NCBI GenBank assembly: GCA_963796965.1
Contig: CAWCNS010000008.1
Span: forward strand, 1 to 64,000
Direction of reading: 5' to 3'
DNA length: 64,000 nt
Origin: Calditrichia bacterium
GTDB taxonomy: Bacteria > Calditrichota > Calditrichia > JAJRVZ01
The translations under genes and the position numbers were made by a program. Position 1 is the stretch's first letter; every line of letters starts with the position of its first letter. The notes under the pieces were generated by a model. It was given only the letters and a program-made list of their open reading frames with translations. It had not been told where the DNA came from and did no database searches. This document shows, piece by piece, positions 1 to 9,903 of the stretch.

Positions 1-1400
1 CCGGGCAACCACGATGTCAAGTTCCCTCAGGGAATGCACTGGTGGAAGAAACACATCGGCCGCACGTACTACGATTTCACGTACCGGAGTTGTCACTTCC
101 TAATGTGAAACACCGACGAGATCTGGCAGGACATGTATGATGAAGATCCGTCCGACGGCCAGAGGCTGTTTGGCGTTGAACAGGTCCGCTTCGCCGTAAA
201 GGCCTTGGACACACACACCGATGTGAGGCACACCTTCGTCTTTATGCACAAGCCTGTGTGGTTGGAGGACTCGGAGGAATGGCAACAGATCGAAGATGCC
301 CTTGCCGGCCGGTCCTGCTCGGTATTCGCCGGTCACCAGCACAAGCTCAAATACGAACTACGTAACGGTGGGCGGTACATCGTCCACGGAGCCACGGGCG
401 GTAGTCTGGATCCTAGCGATGTAAAGGAGCTTGGGCAGTTCCACCACTACACTCTCGTAACTGTGGACGGTAATTCAGTATACTTGTCGATCGAGGAACC
501 GGGACACGCCTGGCCGGAAGATATTGCACCGATAGGGTTCTCATATTGTGCTAGGCTTATAGACTCGACGGAGTATAAAATAAGGACGCTTGATGATGGA
601 CGTGTTGCGGTGGATTTGGGATTCGGCCTGTATAACGCTCTGCCGAAACCGGTTGACTTTTTCATTCGTCCGGTTATCCCACCGGAATGCGCGTGGCATG
701 CCTCGGTCGATTCTGTTGGCGTACATCTTGTCCCCGAAAGCCGTGAATGGGTGCGTGTCACCTTCACCTGTCCGGCAGATGATCGGGCTCCTGTGCTGGC
801 TTACACTTACTTTTCGATGTACGATGGCAATGAGATGTATCGCCGCTGGGTTTATTCTGGTGAGTCCGTTTCCCGATACACTGATGCGCATCGTGTCGGA
901 TTGGCAAGTTGTCGGCCCGTTCGATATTCCACCAGTTGCCACGGAACACCTTCCAGAAGATCCTCGACGTGGAGTTCCCGGTATGTTCGAGCCACGTGGG
1001 CCGGACGAAGGCTGGTCGGCCGGGGAAACGTACGAGGAAGCCGGAAAAACATACCGCTGGCAGACGGCGTCTGCCGTAGTCGGCAAACTTAATTTCGATA
1101 CGATTTTGGGTATGCGCGACAATCTTCTCGGTTATGCGGCGTGTGCTGTCTGGAGCCCGACCGAACAGCGTGTGGCAGCACGGATCCGTGCGGATAATTT
1201 TATGCGTATGTTCGTCAATGGTGGAGGCCATCGGCGAGTTGTTCGCTTCGCCGTACGAATATAACTACTTTCCGGTGCGTCTAAAGACCGGGTGGAATAG
1301 CCTCATGGTGAAACTCGCCAATAACCACGGGAACTGGTATTTACAATTCCATCTTTTTGATGGGCAGAGAAACCTGCGGTTTGCATCGCATCGACCGTGA
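1..1400 (+). CDS. Calcineurin-like metallophosphoesterase with C-terminal extension (5'-truncated by window, frameshifted); cassette 1
   Basis: PGNHD at nt 1-15, plus FMHKP and FAGHQH motifs. ORFs 133..1092, 590..1264 and 1134..1400 read as one protein across frameshifts. Confidence 0.75.
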
Positions 1401-1619
1401 TTCCAGGCGATCATAGAAGAAGTAGACCGTATTGACAATGTCGTTCTACACGATGGCCAGAGTTGCCGGTTCTAATGCGCCCGAACGCATTTGAGCAGGC
1501 GAGGCGTGGAAATCGAGCAAATCATCTCGGAGACTCCAGATACACGGGTTGCTGGCAATCTTGGCCCGTTTGAGAGAGATGAGTGGAAATGTACTGTACT
1601 TGGGGTGTAAGCGCAAAAC

Positions 1620-1737
1620 GCCTAACCATTCGCTGGAGCCGACCTGAGCTTAATTGAGCGGTTGGGATGTTAGTTGAGCCTGCTGGCGAACTGGTAAGGA
1701 GCCTGTGCCGCCAAGTGGTCAGCTCGGACCGTTAGCA
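1620..1737 (+). other. attC: attC site 1
   Basis: R'' GCCTAAC 1620-1626; L'' GCTGGAGC; R' GTTAGCA 1731-1737. Confidence 0.85.
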
Positions 1738-1755
1738 AAACTTTACATATTTGTC

Positions 1756-1800
1756 TTGCCATATCATCTCTATAGTTTATATTTACAAATATAAACTATA
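1756..1800 (+). promoter_or_regulatory. TA promoter with perfect 14-bp inverted-repeat operator
   Basis: TTGCCA 1756-1761 and TATATT 1778-1783. TATAGTTTATATTT-AC-AAATATAAACTATA at 1771-1800 lies directly before the AAGGAG RBS. Confidence 0.75.
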
Positions 1801-1810
1801 AAGGAGTAAA

Positions 1811-2055
1811 ATGAAAGCGACAGCAAAAGATCTTAGGTTTCATTCGAAGGAAATCCTTGAAACTGTCATGCGAGGCGAAGAAGTAACCATCACATATAGA
1901 GGAAAACCTTCTGCAAAAATTATCCCTATGATAAAGGAAAATCATCTATGGCCAAACAACACAAATTATTTGGCATCTGGTCGGATCATGGTGATGCTGA
2001 GGATGTAAATAGGTATGTCAGAGAACTCAGAGAAGGTAGAAATCATGATAATTGA
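1811..2055 (+). CDS. Phd/YefM-family antitoxin (frameshift near 1940)
   Basis: MKATAKDLRFHSKEILETVMRGEEVTITYRGKP; the alternative frame continues LFGIWSDH...ELREGRNHDN* and overlaps the toxin start. Confidence 0.8.
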
Positions 2056-2438
2056 TACAGATGTTCTCATTTGGTATATGCGTGGGAATAAAAAGGCTTA
2101 CAATGTTATAGAACGAGAACATGGATTTTTCGTTTCAGTAGTAACACTATATTGAATTAGTTCAAGGAATGAGAAATAAAACTGAACTTACTGAACTGAG
2201 GCGGGCATTTCGCGAATGGAACACAAAGATACTGTATATTAATGAAGAGATCTCATCGAAAGCCATGTTTTATATCGAACGTCATTATTTGAGTCATTCC
2301 CTCCAACTTGCAGATGCATTAATTGCCTCAACAGCATTGGTTAACGGCCTCCCAATTCTCACTGGAAATGACAAACATTATAAAATGATCAAAGAACTAG
2401 AATCATCAAGTTCAAACCTTGATTCATATATAAAGTAA
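2045..2438 (+). CDS. vapC: VapC/PIN-domain toxin (frameshift near 2150)
   Basis: MIIDTDVLIWY start at 2045; LADALIASTA and LTGNDKHY PIN motifs. Confidence 0.85.
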
Positions 2439-2443
2439 AGTTT

Positions 2444-2547
2444 TTCTAACCATGTGCTCAAGTGGACCGCACAACGCGTAGCGTGAATTCCCAGAATTCT
2501 GTAATTATTGAAAAATTGTGCGCGGCCACTTAGCACTGCCGTTATAT
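2444..2547 (+). other. attC: attC site 2
   Basis: R'' TTCTAAC; L'' GCTCAAGT / L' ACTTAGC; R' GTTATAT 2541-2547. Confidence 0.9.
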
Positions 2548-2567
2548 GGCAGAGATAGGGAATAAGA

Positions 2568-3197
2568 ATGAGTGAGGAAAATAAAGTATCTGAATACAAA
2601 GAATTGGCAAGCAATTATGATAATCAGGTCAGAGAATATGATAGACGATGGTCACGATGTGCTTTTCGGAATGAGTTTTGAGTTTGTTAAAGCGGATGAA
2701 AAGTGACTTGATATTGGCATTGGAACCGGTCTGGCATCAATACAATTTTCCCGGCTTGGATTAAAAGTGTTTGGCTTGGATTCATCCCAGGAAATGCTAA
2801 ATGCATGCCAATCAAAATCATTTGCCCAAGCTTTAAACTTATATGATATGACTAGTGAACAGATACCATACGAAGATCATTATTTTAACCACGTAATCTG
2901 TTGTGGGGTATGCATTTTGTAGGAGAATTAGAGGACTTGTTTAATGAAGTTAAGCGTGTGATGAAACCAGGGGGGATTATTTTCCTTTACCATTGCTCCG
3001 CAAAATACAGAAGTATATTACATTAAGGAAGAGACAGCGTGGGGTGTACCAATATTCAAACATTCTATGACATATATTAAGGAGTTGCTTGGTGAGAATG
3101 GTTTTAAATTGCAGAAAGAGCAGAGGTTGTTAATAAAGGTGCAGATCAGGTTAACTATGATATGTTGTTTTCTGCTTTAGTAGCCAAGTATAAGTAA
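2568..3197 (+). pseudogene. Class I SAM-dependent methyltransferase, multiply frameshifted (not in ORF track)
   Basis: ATG at 2568 (MSEENKVSEY); DIGIGTGLA and GLDSSQEML motifs; bounded by attC2 and attC3. Confidence 0.75.
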
Positions 3198-3220
3198 GTG
3201 CTGGGAGAAAGAAAGAAGCC

Positions 3221-3320
3221 ATATAATAACGGTTTCAACTCTGACGCGAGCACGCGTCGCTTTTTTCGGATTAGGCAAGTTTGTTAAAGTGCTCGCGCCT
3301 GTTAGCAGTGACCGTTATGT
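3221..3320 (+). other. attC: attC site 3
   Basis: R''-like ATATAAT (GCCATATAAT pairs with upstream GTTATATGGC); internal CGCGAGCAC/GTGCTCGCG stem; R' GTTATGT 3314-3320. Confidence 0.85.
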
Positions 3321-3369
3321 GTTTTAAGTAAAAAATATGTAATAACCAGAATAAAAAAAACGATATCAA

Positions 3370-4275
3370 ATGAATATCATAGAAACTAAAAATTTAACAA
3401 AAAATTTTGCGAACACAATTGCAGTTGACAATGTTTCCATTCATGTAAAAAAAAGAGAGATTTATGGATTTCTGGGACTAAACGGAGCAGGAAAAACGAC
3501 TACAATCAGATTATTACTTGGAATGATAAAACCTAAAAAGGGCTCATGTCTGTTGTTTGGAGAAAAACCCAAGCAAGCCACCGAAATTTGGAATGATATT
3601 GGATATTTACTCGAAACACCTTATTCATATCCGAATCTTACAATTGTCGAAAATCTTGAGGTCATTTACAGAATTAGAGGGCTTAAAGACAGAAACTTAA
3701 TAAATCAGATTATCGATAAATTACAACTCACCCATTATAAAAATAAAAAAGAACAATATCTATCCTTGGGGAACAAACAAAGGTTAGGCTTAGCGAAAGC
3801 GTTACTTCACAGACCAAAACTGTTAATTCTTGATGAGCCAATAAATGGATTAGATCCGGCTGGGATTGTGGAGATTAGAGAATTTCTGAAAGACATTGCA
3901 GAGAACAACAATACAACCATCTTTTTATCAAGCCATATTCTTTCTGAAATTGCAAAGATTGCAACACGCATGGGAATTATTCATAATGGAAAATTGGTGA
4001 AAGAGATAAATACTTCCGAATTAGAAAAACAACTAATAAAGAAACTTTGTATAAATACAATTAATAATCGTAATGCCTTAAAACTAATACAAAACAAGGG
4101 ATTTGATGCAAAAATAAATAAGGACTTTATTATCGAAGTATCAGATTGGGAAGCTATTAGGCATCCTGAAAATATAGCGACATTTTTAGTAAATTCTCAG
4201 ATTCCGCCCAAACTCCTGAATGTCTATGAAGAAGATTTGGAATCATATTTTTTAAGAATAATCAGGGACCAGTAA
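3370..4275 (+). CDS. ABC transporter ATP-binding protein (BcrA/lantibiotic-immunity type)
   Basis: GLNGAGKT Walker A, LSLGNKQR signature, ILDEP Walker B. Confidence 0.9.
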   Translation: MNIIETKNLTKNFANTIAVDNVSIHVKKREIYGFLGLNGAGKTTTIRLLLGMIKPKKGSCLLFGEKPKQATEIWNDIGYLLETPYSYPNLTIVENLEVIYRIRGLKDRNLINQIIDKLQLTHYKNKKEQYLSLGNKQRLGLAKALLHRPKLLILDEPINGLDPAGIVEIREFLKDIAENNNTTIFLSSHILSEIAKIATRMGIIHNGKLVKEINTSELEKQLIKKLCINTINNRNALKLIQNKGFDAKINKDFIIEVSDWEAIRHPENIATFLVNSQIPPKLLNVYEEDLESYFLRIIRDQ

Positions 4276-5063
4276 TGAGCCAACAATACCAGGCAATTCT
4301 TGCCGAAATTATCAAGAATAAACATTCCAGAATACGATGGGTTTCTTTTATTGCATTTGCCCTGGCACCTTTATTCGGCGGCGTATTTATGCTCTTAATG
4401 AAAGGTAGTGGATATGAGGGACTTTCAGGAACCTTTAAATCAAAAGCAGTAATGATGTCCTTTGAGGCAAATTGGGATTCATTTTTAGGGCTGCTGTCGC
4501 AGGCGGTAGGTGTAGGAGGTGTATTAATATTTGGTTTTGTAGCAAGTTGGCTCTTTGGCAGGGAATACTCAGACGGAACGGCTAAGGACTTATTGGCTTT
4601 ACCAATATCACGCACTAAAATATTAAATGCAAAATTTATATATTACATCGTTTGGTGTTTTGCACTAGTAATTTCAAATCTTTTGCTTGGATTGTTGTTT
4701 GGGGCTTTACTTCAGCTGGATGGATGGAGTTTTATTGGCTTTTTAGCAAATCTCAAAGTTTATTTTGTAACGACAATGTTAATTATTTTATTAAATACCC
4801 CTATTGCATTTTTTGGGCTTTTGGGGAGAGGCTATTTAATGCCATTAGGTATTGTAGCAGTTTTGCTTGTATTGGCGCAAATAATAGGAGCAATGGGATT
4901 CGGTAATTATTTTCCCTGGTCGGTGCCTGGCATTTATAGTGGAGGAGGAGGTGAAGATTTAAAAATGCAATTAAACAGTATAAGTTATATCATTTTGATT
5001 ATTACCAGTATTGTTGGATACTTGAGCACAATATTTTGGTGGAAATATTCAGACCAGAAATAG
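4275..5063 (+). CDS. ABC-2 permease (BcrB-like)
   Basis: About 6 TM helices; FGREYSDGT..LLALP motif; translationally coupled to the ATPase. Confidence 0.85.
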   Translation: MSQQYQAILAEIIKNKHSRIRWVSFIAFALAPLFGGVFMLLMKGSGYEGLSGTFKSKAVMMSFEANWDSFLGLLSQAVGVGGVLIFGFVASWLFGREYSDGTAKDLLALPISRTKILNAKFIYYIVWCFALVISNLLLGLLFGALLQLDGWSFIGFLANLKVYFVTTMLIILLNTPIAFFGLLGRGYLMPLGIVAVLLVLAQIIGAMGFGNYFPWSVPGIYSGGGGEDLKMQLNSISYIILIITSIVGYLSTIFWWKYSDQK

Positions 5064-5087
5064 TTAATTGAGAATACCATATTCAAC

Positions 5088-5184
5088 ACATAACACGCAA
5101 ATGTAGTTGACGGCCACACACGCTTACCTTTCGTAACCGTTTATCTCTGGTCGTGTGTCCGCAACTAATCTGTGACCGTTAGCC
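5088..5184 (+). other. attC: attC site 4
   Basis: R'' ACATAAC (AACACATAAC is the exact complement of upstream GTTATGTGTT); R' GTTAGCC 5178-5184. Confidence 0.9.
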
Positions 5185-5200
5185 CGAACATTCATGAATT

Positions 5201-5683
5201 ATGAATCAAATAACTTATAAACCAATCGGTGTTGTTCAATCGCCATTTAGGCAAATCGAAGGCATGCCTATTCAATCTTCAGCTGCCAAAGGTATTAAGG
5301 GGCAGATTGTTTTAAATGAAGAATATATTGAGGGATTATGCGATCTTGATGGTTTCTCTCACATCTATCTTCTATATCATCTCCATCTATCAAAATCATA
5401 TAATTTAAAGGTCATACCTTTTTTAGATGATCAACAACGCGGTGTTTTTTCGACACGTGCACCAAAGCGACCTAATCCTATTGGGCTATCTGTGGTAAAA
5501 CTGATCAAGATCGACATGAATATCCTTGAAATTGAAAATGTCGATATAATTAATGGTACTCCTCTCCTTGATATTAAACCATATGTTCAGGAAATGGATG
5601 GAGTGAATCAATATAAAATTGGATGGTTGTCTAAATATAAAAATGGAATGAAATTAAAAAATTCTGATAAAAGGTTTAAATAA
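5201..5683 (+). CDS. tsaA: TsaA/TrmO-family (tRNA m6t6A37) methyltransferase
   Basis: PIG, GFSHI, GVFSTRAPKRPNPIGLS and GTPLLDIKPY motifs. Confidence 0.9.
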   Translation: MNQITYKPIGVVQSPFRQIEGMPIQSSAAKGIKGQIVLNEEYIEGLCDLDGFSHIYLLYHLHLSKSYNLKVIPFLDDQQRGVFSTRAPKRPNPIGLSVVKLIKIDMNILEIENVDIINGTPLLDIKPYVQEMDGVNQYKIGWLSKYKNGMKLKNSDKRFK

Positions 5684-5789
5684 TGTTTGGTCTAACAAGC
5701 GCTTCAACATGGACGACTTGATCTCTAGGCATGCGTAATGATCTTGCCAAGGCCCGGCGCCGCATATTAAAGGTCCAAAGTCAAGAAAA

Positions 5790-6333
5790 AACAGTATTCC
5801 CTTTCGATATTTATCTACTTTTATTTGATTTTGCATCAAAAACACCCTGTAATCTTTTCTTTTCCTTCTTCTGACTCGATATTCTATAGTGAGGCTGAAT
5901 GATTGTTTTCAATCATCCGCACCAGCCGCATATTGGATTCTCCTGAGTCTTGTTTTAGACACAGGTGTCCGCCATTTCACGGACTCAGAAATATTACGGT
6001 ACCGTTAACCACTCCATTCGATTTATTAGAACTACCACCATCTGGCAGTGTTAGCGATAAAGCAGTGCTGTGGTCACGGGCAGATGACCAGAAAAAAAAG
6101 ATCACAGTTTGTTATGTTTAACTACGGAAAGAGACTTGGTTCATGAATCTAAATACAGAGTCTGTTCTTCCACAAACAGCTCTGGATACATCCTTTCCTA
6201 ATGTTATTTGTTAAACTCAAGCCTCTTACCGCAGTGATATTACAAGGTAGACATCCCGGATCAATCGGTTATTTGAGACTGGATTTCACCATACGTGGAA
6301 GAGCATCATCCGTCCAGGCGCGAGCCGGATCTT
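5790..6333 (-). ncRNA. Putative bridge/seek RNA region of IS element A (exact ends unknown)
   Basis: No credible ORF. It lies 3' of tnp as in IS1111, contains stems such as CTGAGTC/GACTCAG, and shares motifs with the NCR of element C (AGTATTCC, TTGGATT, CAGAAATATTA). Confidence 0.6.
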
Positions 6334-7386
6334 CTAGGATGCCACCTTAAGAAAACGATTTTCATCAAAGGCAACTTTTTTCTTTAGCATATGATATACT
6401 GCCACAGCAAACTTATGAGACATAATGCCACGGGCTAATTTCCCGCAGCGTTTGGCTTCCAGTTTCTGATAATAGGCATTGATTCGCTCACTGGATTGAC
6501 GGGCATGGGTGATTATCTGACCGTATGCCCATTTCAGATAGGGATTTCCCATCTTTTGGTTTCTGCCGTACTTATTTTTGCCAGCGGAAGTTCTTTGTAC
6601 ACGGATAACCCGGCAATAGGAAGAATAGTTCTGCACACTTGGGAAACGGTTAATATCATGGGTCTCATAAAGAATAGAAAGTGCCAGCATATCACCGACT
6701 CCTGTTACACTTTTAAGTAAACTATAATCCGTCCCGTTATGATGATAGGCTCTTTCCTTGATATGTTTTTCCTTTTCACTCAAAAGCCGATCCAGTTGAT
6801 CAATTAACAACATATCGCTATTAAGCAGATAATATACATCCGGGTCGGTAATGCTTTTCAATATTTGCTGCTTTCCGGATACGCTCTTTACGTCTTTACC
6901 ACGAAAGTTACAAATGCCTTGCTGACGCAACAGCAATTGAACATGCGTGTATGCTTCACTGCGATGGCGTACCAGACGGTGACGACGCCTTAAAAGATCA
7001 CGTACGGCCCGCATTTCTCCTGGATAGGGATACGCTTGCGGAAACAGGTTACTACGCATCAGGTGAGCAATCGTTTCAGCGTCTAAGGGATCATTCTTCT
7101 GCTTATTTCCGGCAATTGCTTTCATATAGGCAGCATGTCCCAGATAGAAAGGAACGCCTGCCTCCACACAACCATCATAAAGCCAATAATAGTTGAATGT
7201 CGACTCCACACCGACTGCAATGTCCGGAAGAAAAGGAGTCAGGATTTGCTTGAATAATGCAAAATTGTTTGGCATATTACGTTTGTAGAGAACCTGACCC
7301 TCACGGTCTAATATTTTCAGATACATACTGTTGGCGTGAAGGTCAATACCACATAAATAACGTTGATTAATTTGAGCGTAATTCAT
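6334..7386 (-). CDS. tnp: IS110-family transposase/recombinase
   Basis: CGIDLH, VGVEST and KNDPLDA (DEDD), C-terminal RTSAGK serine loop. Start MNYAQ at 7386 follows an AGGAG RBS. Confidence 0.95.
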   Translation of the reverse strand: MNYAQINQRYLCGIDLHANSMYLKILDREGQVLYKRNMPNNFALFKQILTPFLPDIAVGVESTFNYYWLYDGCVEAGVPFYLGHAAYMKAIAGNKQKNDPLDAETIAHLMRSNLFPQAYPYPGEMRAVRDLLRRRHRLVRHRSEAYTHVQLLLRQQGICNFRGKDVKSVSGKQQILKSITDPDVYYLLNSDMLLIDQLDRLLSEKEKHIKERAYHHNGTDYSLLKSVTGVGDMLALSILYETHDINRFPSVQNYSSYCRVIRVQRTSAGKNKYGRNQKMGNPYLKWAYGQIITHARQSSERINAYYQKLEAKRCGKLARGIMSHKFAVAVYHMLKKKVAFDENRFLKVAS

Positions 7387-7504
7387 GAAAGGTCTCCTTA
7401 TGTTGGTTAATGGTTGGGCAATCATAATTTACATGTAGGGGACCTTTTATAAAATATCGGTTAGCAGTGACCGTTAGGCAATTAAATTAAAAAAGAGGTG
7501 AATT

Positions 7505-8617
7505 ATGAGAAAATTAGAACTAATGTTATTCTTTCTGTTAACATCTCTTCCCGTTTTTTCCCAAACTCCTGAATGGGCCGCCAAAGCCTCTAATGCGCCG
7601 GTGATGAAACCGCCGTTTGATAAGATCCTTAGAGATAACGAGATCATACGGATCAAGCCTGAAAAGGATGCTGAAATTAAAATCACTGTTCGTAACGTAT
7701 CCAATCAAGAAGGAATACTGACATCCGTCGCATTCAAGGATGGTCAACCCATCAAAGATCCTTCCATAAACACCTTTAGTTTGACGCCGAATCAGCGTAA
7801 TTTAAGAATCACCCACAAAGAAGCACCGACTGAAGCCGATTATATCGTTGTGCGCATCCAAAAAGGTATGATTGGCATCAAGGCTGAACTGATTGAATCG
7901 CCCACAGGGATAGTGCTGACGCGTTTTGAACTCAAAGGCCCGTCCGGTCGTGAAGCCGAGATCAAACCTATGAAAAAGTCCCTGGTCCGACTGACGGATG
8001 TGGCCACAGACGGCAAGGGGTCGAGTGGTACACTGTCTATTTATGCAACTGTTATAAAGGAAATGGACGATGGTAATTCAGTATATCAAAGACAGTTCCT
8101 TAAAACGATCGATTTCAAACTGGCCAGCGGTGCTACTAATAAATGGGAATTTTCCCGAGAGCAGAAAGTCGATATCGTCAGCATTGATGTGATGCAAGGA
8201 ATGGTCGATGTACGCATCGAGCAACCCGAAACGGCCGGTTCCAACCCAGCGGCCTGGGGTCGGGATCCGCAGGTTGCAGGGCAAAAATCTAAAGCCGAAT
8301 CCCAAAAAGCATCTTCCACCCAGGAGGAAAAATCATTCATGGAAGGGGAAATTCCCTTATATGAAGGCACCGTAATTAAAAGATCTTCGTTTACGGGAAA
8401 GAAGGGCTCAGCCGAAATGGAGGTTGTCGCATCCCCTGAAAAAATAGCGAATTTTTATAAATCGGAATTGACCGCAAAAGGCTGGAGCGTGAAGACAGCG
8501 ACGAACCACGGTATCCTATCCCAACTCGTCATGGTTAAAGGAAAGCAAACTATAATACTCTCGGCAGGTCAACGCGATGAGAAAACCCTGATTACCTTGC
8601 TTATCGACGGTAAATAA
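7505..8617 (+). CDS. Hypothetical secreted protein (cassette)
   Basis: 370-aa ORF with signal peptide, immediately after R' 7473-7479. Confidence 0.7.
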   Translation: MRKLELMLFFLLTSLPVFSQTPEWAAKASNAPVMKPPFDKILRDNEIIRIKPEKDAEIKITVRNVSNQEGILTSVAFKDGQPIKDPSINTFSLTPNQRNLRITHKEAPTEADYIVVRIQKGMIGIKAELIESPTGIVLTRFELKGPSGREAEIKPMKKSLVRLTDVATDGKGSSGTLSIYATVIKEMDDGNSVYQRQFLKTIDFKLASGATNKWEFSREQKVDIVSIDVMQGMVDVRIEQPETAGSNPAAWGRDPQVAGQKSKAESQKASSTQEEKSFMEGEIPLYEGTVIKRSSFTGKKGSAEMEVVASPEKIANFYKSELTAKGWSVKTATNHGILSQLVMVKGKQTIILSAGQRDEKTLITLLIDGK

Positions 8618-8639
8618 CATCAGCTTTACCGATTAGGTA

Positions 8640-8752
8640 TGAACAAACATGGACATAGTTAACATTTTATTCTAAGGACATGACTTACACTTTTTAATAG
8701 ATTGAGCACTAAGGAAAGGAGGTGCTCAATGCCCTGGAAAGAGGTTAAGCCT
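8640..8752 (+). mobile_element. Left-end remnant of an IS481-like element
   Basis: Repeated GGACATAGTTAACA / GGACATGACTTACA boxes; hairpin ATTGAGCAC..GTGCTCAAT over the RBS; ATG at 8729 gives MPWKEVKP. Confidence 0.6.
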
Positions 8753-9464
8753 GGGCTCTGATTTGCTGTTCTAATTGTTTGATTTTAGGGTCAAGGAAGT
8801 CCATCATATCCAGATCTGCCTGGGCGCTGAGATAAATATCATTATCCAAATGATTTTGAATGAGTTCTCGTCTTGTTTTAACACTTTTTACTTCATTCGA
8901 ATTAATGGAAATACCCTGCTGATGAAAGAGTGATTGAATATGGCGATAGCATTCAGCACGCAGCCGGGAAAGGCGATGTCTTCTGCGAAGCAGATCACGT
9001 GTCCCGCGCATTTCTTTTGGATAGGCATGGGCTAATGGATAATAATTGGTACGCATCAGATCGGCGATCTTGCGGCTATCGAGACGATCGGTTTTTGTTT
9101 TACCGCCATGGATAGTTTTCATATAATAAGCATGGCCAAGAAAAAAGGGAATACCTTGCTCTTTGCAGGCATCGGCCAGCCAGTAATACATATGAGTTGA
9201 TTCTACCCCAACAGCCAGATCCGGCAGGAAGGATTGAATCTTTCTCTTGAATAGATCAAAGTCAGTTCGCATATTACGATGAAGAAGAACTTCGCCTTTC
9301 TGGTTCATGACACAGGCATACATCTCCCTTGCATGGAGATCGATGCCACAGACATATTTAGAATTGATTTGGGCATAACGCATGATAAGGTCCTCCTGGG
9401 TTTATGTTAATGTTTATGGGTAAAACAAAAATAATAAATTTTGGGAGGACCTTTTAGATAATAT
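8745..9464 (-). mobile_element. tnp: IS1111-type element B (3'-truncated; tnp 8745..9383)
   Basis: CGIDLH, VGVEST, KTDRLD. End GGACCTTTTAGATAATAT is nearly identical to that of element A and abuts an attC lacking R''. Confidence 0.85.
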
Positions 9465-9561
9465 CAACGGCATCAAGTGGACGCGAAAACGCTTGGTATG
9501 AATTCCCAGAATTCAGGGTTAGCCTCAATCGTGGCTCGCCACTTATGCATCACCGTTAGGG
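9465..9561 (+). other. attC: attC site 6 (R'' separated by IS B and lost)
   Basis: L'' CATCAAGT / L' ACTTATG; R' GTTAGGG 9555-9561; shares TGAATTCCCAGAATTC with attC2. Confidence 0.85.
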
Positions 9562-9567
9562 GCCCTA

Positions 9568-9602
9568 TTGACAAAGGACTATATTTGGTCTATATTTAGG
9601 TC
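9568..9602 (+). promoter_or_regulatory. Sigma70 promoter with repeated operator for TA cassette
   Basis: TTGACA 9568-9573, 17 bp, TATATT 9591-9596; overlapping GGACTATATTTGGTC / GGTCTATATTTAGGTC. Confidence 0.75.
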
Positions 9603-9618
9603 AAAATGAGGAGAAAAA

Positions 9619-9903
9619 ATGAAATATAGTGAAAATATAAAGCCAATCAGTTTTCTTAAATCTCACGCATCAGAAATTATCCGCAATTTAAATAAATCGA
9701 AAAAGACAATAATCATTACACAGAATGGTGAAGCCAAAGCTGTAGTGCAAGATATTAAACTCTATGAGCAAAATTTAGAGAGTATGGCTCTATTAAAAAT
9801 ACTCGCTCAAAGCAATGAGAGTATAAAAAAGGATAAAATTAAGCCTATCAATAAAGCTTTATCCGATCTCGATTTGAGAATAAAAGAGAATCTTTCAAAA
9901 TGA
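9619..9903 (+). CDS. Phd/YefM-family antitoxin
   Basis: IKPISFLKSHASEII...IIITQNGEAKAVVQD. Confidence 0.9.
   Translation: MKYSENIKPISFLKSHASEIIRNLNKSKKTIIITQNGEAKAVVQDIKLYEQNLESMALLKILAQSNESIKKDKIKPINKALSDLDLRIKENLSK

Larger units (their letters stand above)
5765..7457 (-). mobile_element. IS110 family, IS1111-type element A (intact), inserted in attC
   Basis: Sub-terminal IRs AAAGGTCC 5769-5776 / GGACCTTT 7440-7447; full DEDD transposase; long non-coding region downstream of tnp. Confidence 0.9.
5690..7479 (+). other. attC: attC site 5, interrupted by IS1111-type element A
   Basis: Left half GTCTAAC 5690-5696 ... GGCGCCGCA 5764; right half GGTTAGCAGTGACC-GTTAGGC 7459-7479. Confidence 0.85.

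Noticed and set aside
5903..6121. 72-aa ORF inside IS A
   Set aside because: No RBS or recognisable motifs; it lies in the expected non-coding RNA region.
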